From Dendrobates tinctorius (taxonomy: Eukaryota): a stretch of 64,000 nt of DNA. The notes under the pieces were generated by a model that was not told the origin of the DNA, searched no databases, and was given only the letters and a program-made list of their open reading frames with translations. The stretch's first letter is position 1; the number at the start of each line of letters is the position of its first letter. Location: positions 6,696,001 to 6,760,000 of the forward strand of contig NW_027361709.1 of the NCBI RefSeq assembly GCF_039654945.1, read 5' to 3'. The position numbers were made by a program, and so were the translations under genes. This document shows positions 61,301 to 64,000 of this stretch, in pieces.

Positions 61301-63082
61301 GAAGGCAGAGACGCACTATTGCGTGAGGCTGCACGAGGTGCGGGCACTGGAGGATTTCCCTGAGCTCGAGGACTGGCACACAGCTAATAGGCCGTTATGT
61401 AACCTCCTAATGTGGCACATAACGTTTCTGCTGCCACAGAGCTCGTATAGGAGATCCAGAGATGTGCCGTATTAATAGAGGGTAAATGGAGTCGTCCTGA
61501 GTAGTGATGAGCAAGTATATTTGTTGTTCGGGTTTTTCCGAGCATGCAAGCGTGGTCTCCGAGTATTTTGGCGTCCTCTGTGATTTAGTTTTCGTGAACT
61601 CAGCTGCATGATTTGTGGCTGCTGGACAATCTGAATACACGTGAGAATTCCCTAACAGACAGGCATTCCTCACATGTATTCAGCCTGTCCAGCAGCCATA
61701 AATCATGCAGCTGAGACGACGAAAACTAAATCTGAAAGCATGCCAAAATACTCGGAGGACACCCGAGCATGCTCAGCAAAACCCGAGCAACAAGTATACT
61801 CGCTCATCACTAGTCCTGAGCAGTATCCACACCCAGCAATTATGGGATCCCATAACTGCCCAAAAAACCTATAATGATTAACTCCATCAGACAATGAAAT
61901 ATGGAGCTAACAGGTTGAGATGGAGACATGTTTAATAGGGTTGCACCAAGTATACAAATTATCCCCTAATTAATCACTGGGACCCATGAGAACAGGGCTC
62001 GATGGGATAACTTACATAATTGGTGAGACCCCTTTAATAAAAGTGGTTTCTTCAAAAGGGACACCTTTAGCCAATTGGCCTACAGCTTACATTTCCATTC
62101 ATACACAGAAGATGAATGTCAGACATTGTACCAAACTTCAGCACTTATAATGCTATGTGCGTTTGTCCGAAAAGAGTGCATGCTACAGTCGGTGAAGTAC
62201 ACGTGTAGCCCGCAGCCGCCATCACGTGCGCCTCTTATTGACTGTATGATGAAACGTTTTGCCCGTTTGTAATATACCGTACTTTCATTTTCCAAGTTTC
62301 ACCACTAAATAGACACTTACTGCTGTCAGTGAATGGAAAACATTCTTGCTTGCACTTTAAGGCTCATCATCACCTACCTACCTGTATCTTTAAGAGTATC
62401 TTGGGCAAAGAAACAGCTTAAAAATTGGTGTACCTTGCTTCAAAAATACCCCGCTGCTCTTGTTTCCTGCAGCACCATCTTTCCGTCACAGGGATGTATG
62501 ACCACTACAGCCAATCACTATGTCGTGATTAGCTGCAGGGGTCACATGTGCCAGTCTGTCTCTCACGACTGAGCGACAAGAGCTGTACCCTTTTAACTTT
62601 TTTTTTCACACAATTGAGCCAAATTTCTTCTCTGGGAAACACCTTTAAATGCATCCATGAATATTTCCATTCACCTACAGCAAGCAAATACACTGTAAAT
62701 GGTGCAGAGTTAAAGCACAAAAGTTGGAAAACTTTAAATAAAAGTTTCATTAATGTACAAGCATCCAACAATCATGATGTACCCCCTCCACCTTCTGCCA
62801 CAGCTTTGGCAGGCGCTGTGCGCTCACCTTTACCAGAGATGCCAAGCTCGCCATCTGCTCATTGAGTGCACTCTCAGACTCCCTGTAGGTGAGGCAGGTA
62901 AACTGATATTCCTCAGGGTCAAAAGAGTCTGCCCCCTGTTGCTCCACGTCATTAGCAACGCCCACATAGTAATCCTCTATGTCTCCAGGGTCCTCGTCTT
63001 CCTCTTCATCGTCCTCCTCTTCGCAATTAGGGTCATAGTCTTCATTGCTGTCTGATCCTTGACTGTTCATATCTACAGACAT
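44275..63082 (-). CDS. arih2: E3 ubiquitin ligase ARIH2 (RBR, Ariadne family), 14 coding exons, 492 aa
   Basis: Exons: 62828-63082, 60650-60717, 58967-59030, 57983-58130, 57768-57889, 56674-56783, 56132-56249, 54654-54704, 53858-53879, 53488-53639, 53241-53384, 52835-52903, 52666-52749, 44275-44346. The total is 1479 nt. It has the acidic N-terminus [15 protein letters not shown]…, RING1 CAVC…CQHQFCRSC, an IBR, RING2 [30 protein letters not shown], and ends [12 protein letters not shown]. An acceptor at 63200-01 implies upstream UTR exon(s) that I could not locate. Confidence 0.97.
44800..45569. mobile_element. Non-autonomous TA-target DNA transposon fragment (right end only)
   Basis: The terminus is CTTATACGCAAGTATATACGG|TA. 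It has an internal ~39-bp tandem (TGCCCCATAAGATGCTCCATAGAT…) and a palindrome at ~45260-45470. Confidence 0.55.
46674..48305 (-). CDS. DIRS tyrosine recombinase (ORF3, C-terminal part)
   Basis: Catalytic R-H-R-Y tetrad: [14 protein letters not shown] and W…TFVKFY. The frame is open. Confidence 0.9.
   Translation of the reverse strand: MPQRWRISTAKGDTECLSSGGSVQNSSMGRDLSSNDFRGSHSRRGQLGRRFPQPRGSRGRGMVPTSGGVSSALPSVGNSGCRPHGISPQQESPTIRVQVSGPSGSGRRRSGRPLVTVRAPLPVPSSASSSQVVEENQSREDSSHPHRPELAQKVLVRGHCQPSRGRPLEASRQGRSAVSRPDLPPQFSVAQFNGVAVETEVLRRAGFSDRVIHTMIRARKPPSSKIYYRTWKAYFSWCETNDIAPLVFSLPSILAFLQAGLDAGLALSSLKGQVSALSILFQKTLASRPQVKTFLQGVAHTVPPYRAPVDPWDLNLVLQVLQGPPFEPLRDVSLSLLSWKVAFLVAITSIRRVSELAALSCRSPFLVLHQDKVVLRPPPSFLPKVVSSFHLNEDIVLPSFCPSPAHPRERSLNKLDLVRALRVYLARTTSLRKSDSLFIIPDGARKGHPSSKATIARWIRSAILEAYRVKHRVAPPGVRAHSTRAVGASWAVRHRASALQLCKAATWSSVHTFVKFYRVHTYASADASLGRTILQAAVASPLA
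47699..49587 (-). pseudogene. DIRS ORF2: reverse transcriptase, RNase H and Dam-like methyltransferase, with one frameshift
   Basis: Motifs [48 protein letters not shown] and TDN. After a -1 shift at ~48270 it continues with [16 protein letters not shown] and PNWPRRSW. Confidence 0.9.
49604..51079 (-). pseudogene. DIRS gag-like ORF1 with one in-frame stop
   Basis: It has an N-terminal Cys motif (CSSC…CLDC), [11 protein letters not shown] and [30 protein letters not shown]. The TAG is at 49940-42 and the same frame continues to 49604. Confidence 0.85.
53968..54390 (-). mobile_element. CR1 LINE 3' fragment
   Basis: [33 protein letters not shown], followed by the CR1 3' end GGAGGTCCCTTCCAACTCTACGATTCTATGA. 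Confidence 0.9.
54751..55440. mobile_element. Non-autonomous Tc1-type element with a nested insertion and (TA)n
   Basis: TA|CAGTGGCATGTAAAAGTTTGGGCACCCCTGGTCAAAATTACTG … CAGTAATTTTGACCAGGGGTGGCCAAACTTTTACATGGCGCTG|TA. A (TA)n tract spans ~55270-55324. Confidence 0.8.
61502..61812. mobile_element. hAT-type palindromic MITE
   Basis: TIRs TAGTGATGAGC and GCTCATCACTA, with a perfect 8-bp TSD GTCCTGAG at 61494-61501 and 61813-61820. The whole element is an imperfect palindrome. Confidence 0.88.
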
Positions 63083-64000
63083 TTTACCATCAGGGGTCGG
63101 AGGGGGTCGAAACTAAAGCTACAAAATCCTGTGCATGACCCCCCCCCTCACAGCAGGACGTAGGGCTGGTGTCTGGCACCCATCTGGGGTTGTAGTAGTC
63201 TGAAAAACATAAAGAACAAAAGAGTCAACATATTATAGGAGGAGGCCACAAAGGCACTGACTATAAGCAGCGATCTACACATCAAATTACTTTATGACTT
63301 CCAGAACGAAACATGACATACACCGGATTGCCTCCAGCTGTTGCCGCACGCAGGTCATGTTGGGGGTTTTAGTTGAGCGTCGTCTTTTTTTCTTTTCTAA
63401 ATACTTAATCAAATTCATTGGTTGCCAAAAAAAAAAAAAACAAAACAAAACACCTTGCTTCTCACCAAGGGAGGAGGTACAGGGGGACAACTGCTCCAAA
63501 AATGCTGCAAAGTTAGCGGATTCATGGCATTGAGGGCTGGAAAAACTTCATAACTGTTTTGCCCCCAATGGGATGACTGACCACTGTAATAACTAGCATC
63601 AAGCCCCTTGATCTCAGGATTGGTGTGGGGGCTTCCACCGATCCCAGCAACTATACTATTACTTTATAAGATGGGAATATCCTTTTTAAAAAGGATAGCT
63701 GCATAAACAATGTGATAAATGTATGGAGATCGGATCACAGGGACTCCATGGAGGGAGAGAAAAGGGGTCCTAAAGTTTTCTGAATTAATTAAAAGTTAGT
63801 GCACATGCGAGACCACCGCTCCATTCACTTCAATGGACTTATAGTAGTTGTAGTCAAGAAAGTACGACCACAGCCTCCATAGACTTTGAAAGAACTAGTG
63901 GCCTTCCATGTTCCATTCATACAGGAGACATTGACATCTATGGTGGACCAATGAGCAATAATTTATCACCTATGTCTATAGACCAACCTCTTTAGGGTAT

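Overview
This is eukaryotic (vertebrate) genomic DNA. The repeat content and the presence of a crescent gene point to an anuran amphibian (inference). Three complete multi-exon genes lie in tandem on the minus strand: arih2 (14 coding exons, 492 aa), p4htm (9 exons, 490 aa) and uqcrc1 (13 exons, 479 aa). I reconstructed each by hand from GT-AG splice sites, and each closes in frame. A fourth complete gene, the organizer sFRP crescent (frzb2; 4 exons, ~303 aa), is nested antisense inside p4htm intron 2. The rest is repeat-rich: a near-intact DIRS tyrosine-recombinase retrotransposon in the last arih2 intron, a Tc1 transposon inserted into a ~4-kb 35-bp satellite, L2, CR1 and L1 fragments, many Harbinger-, Kolobok/T2-, hAT- and Tc1-type MITEs, and 86-bp and 39-bp tandem repeats. 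The most interesting signals are the nested crescent gene, a tandem splice acceptor next to its Tolloid-inhibitory Asp, the dual-coding DIRS element with only two visible coding lesions, and a repeat family carrying paired CTCF-like motifs. All family and gene assignments come from recalled motifs and protein sequences; no database search was run.
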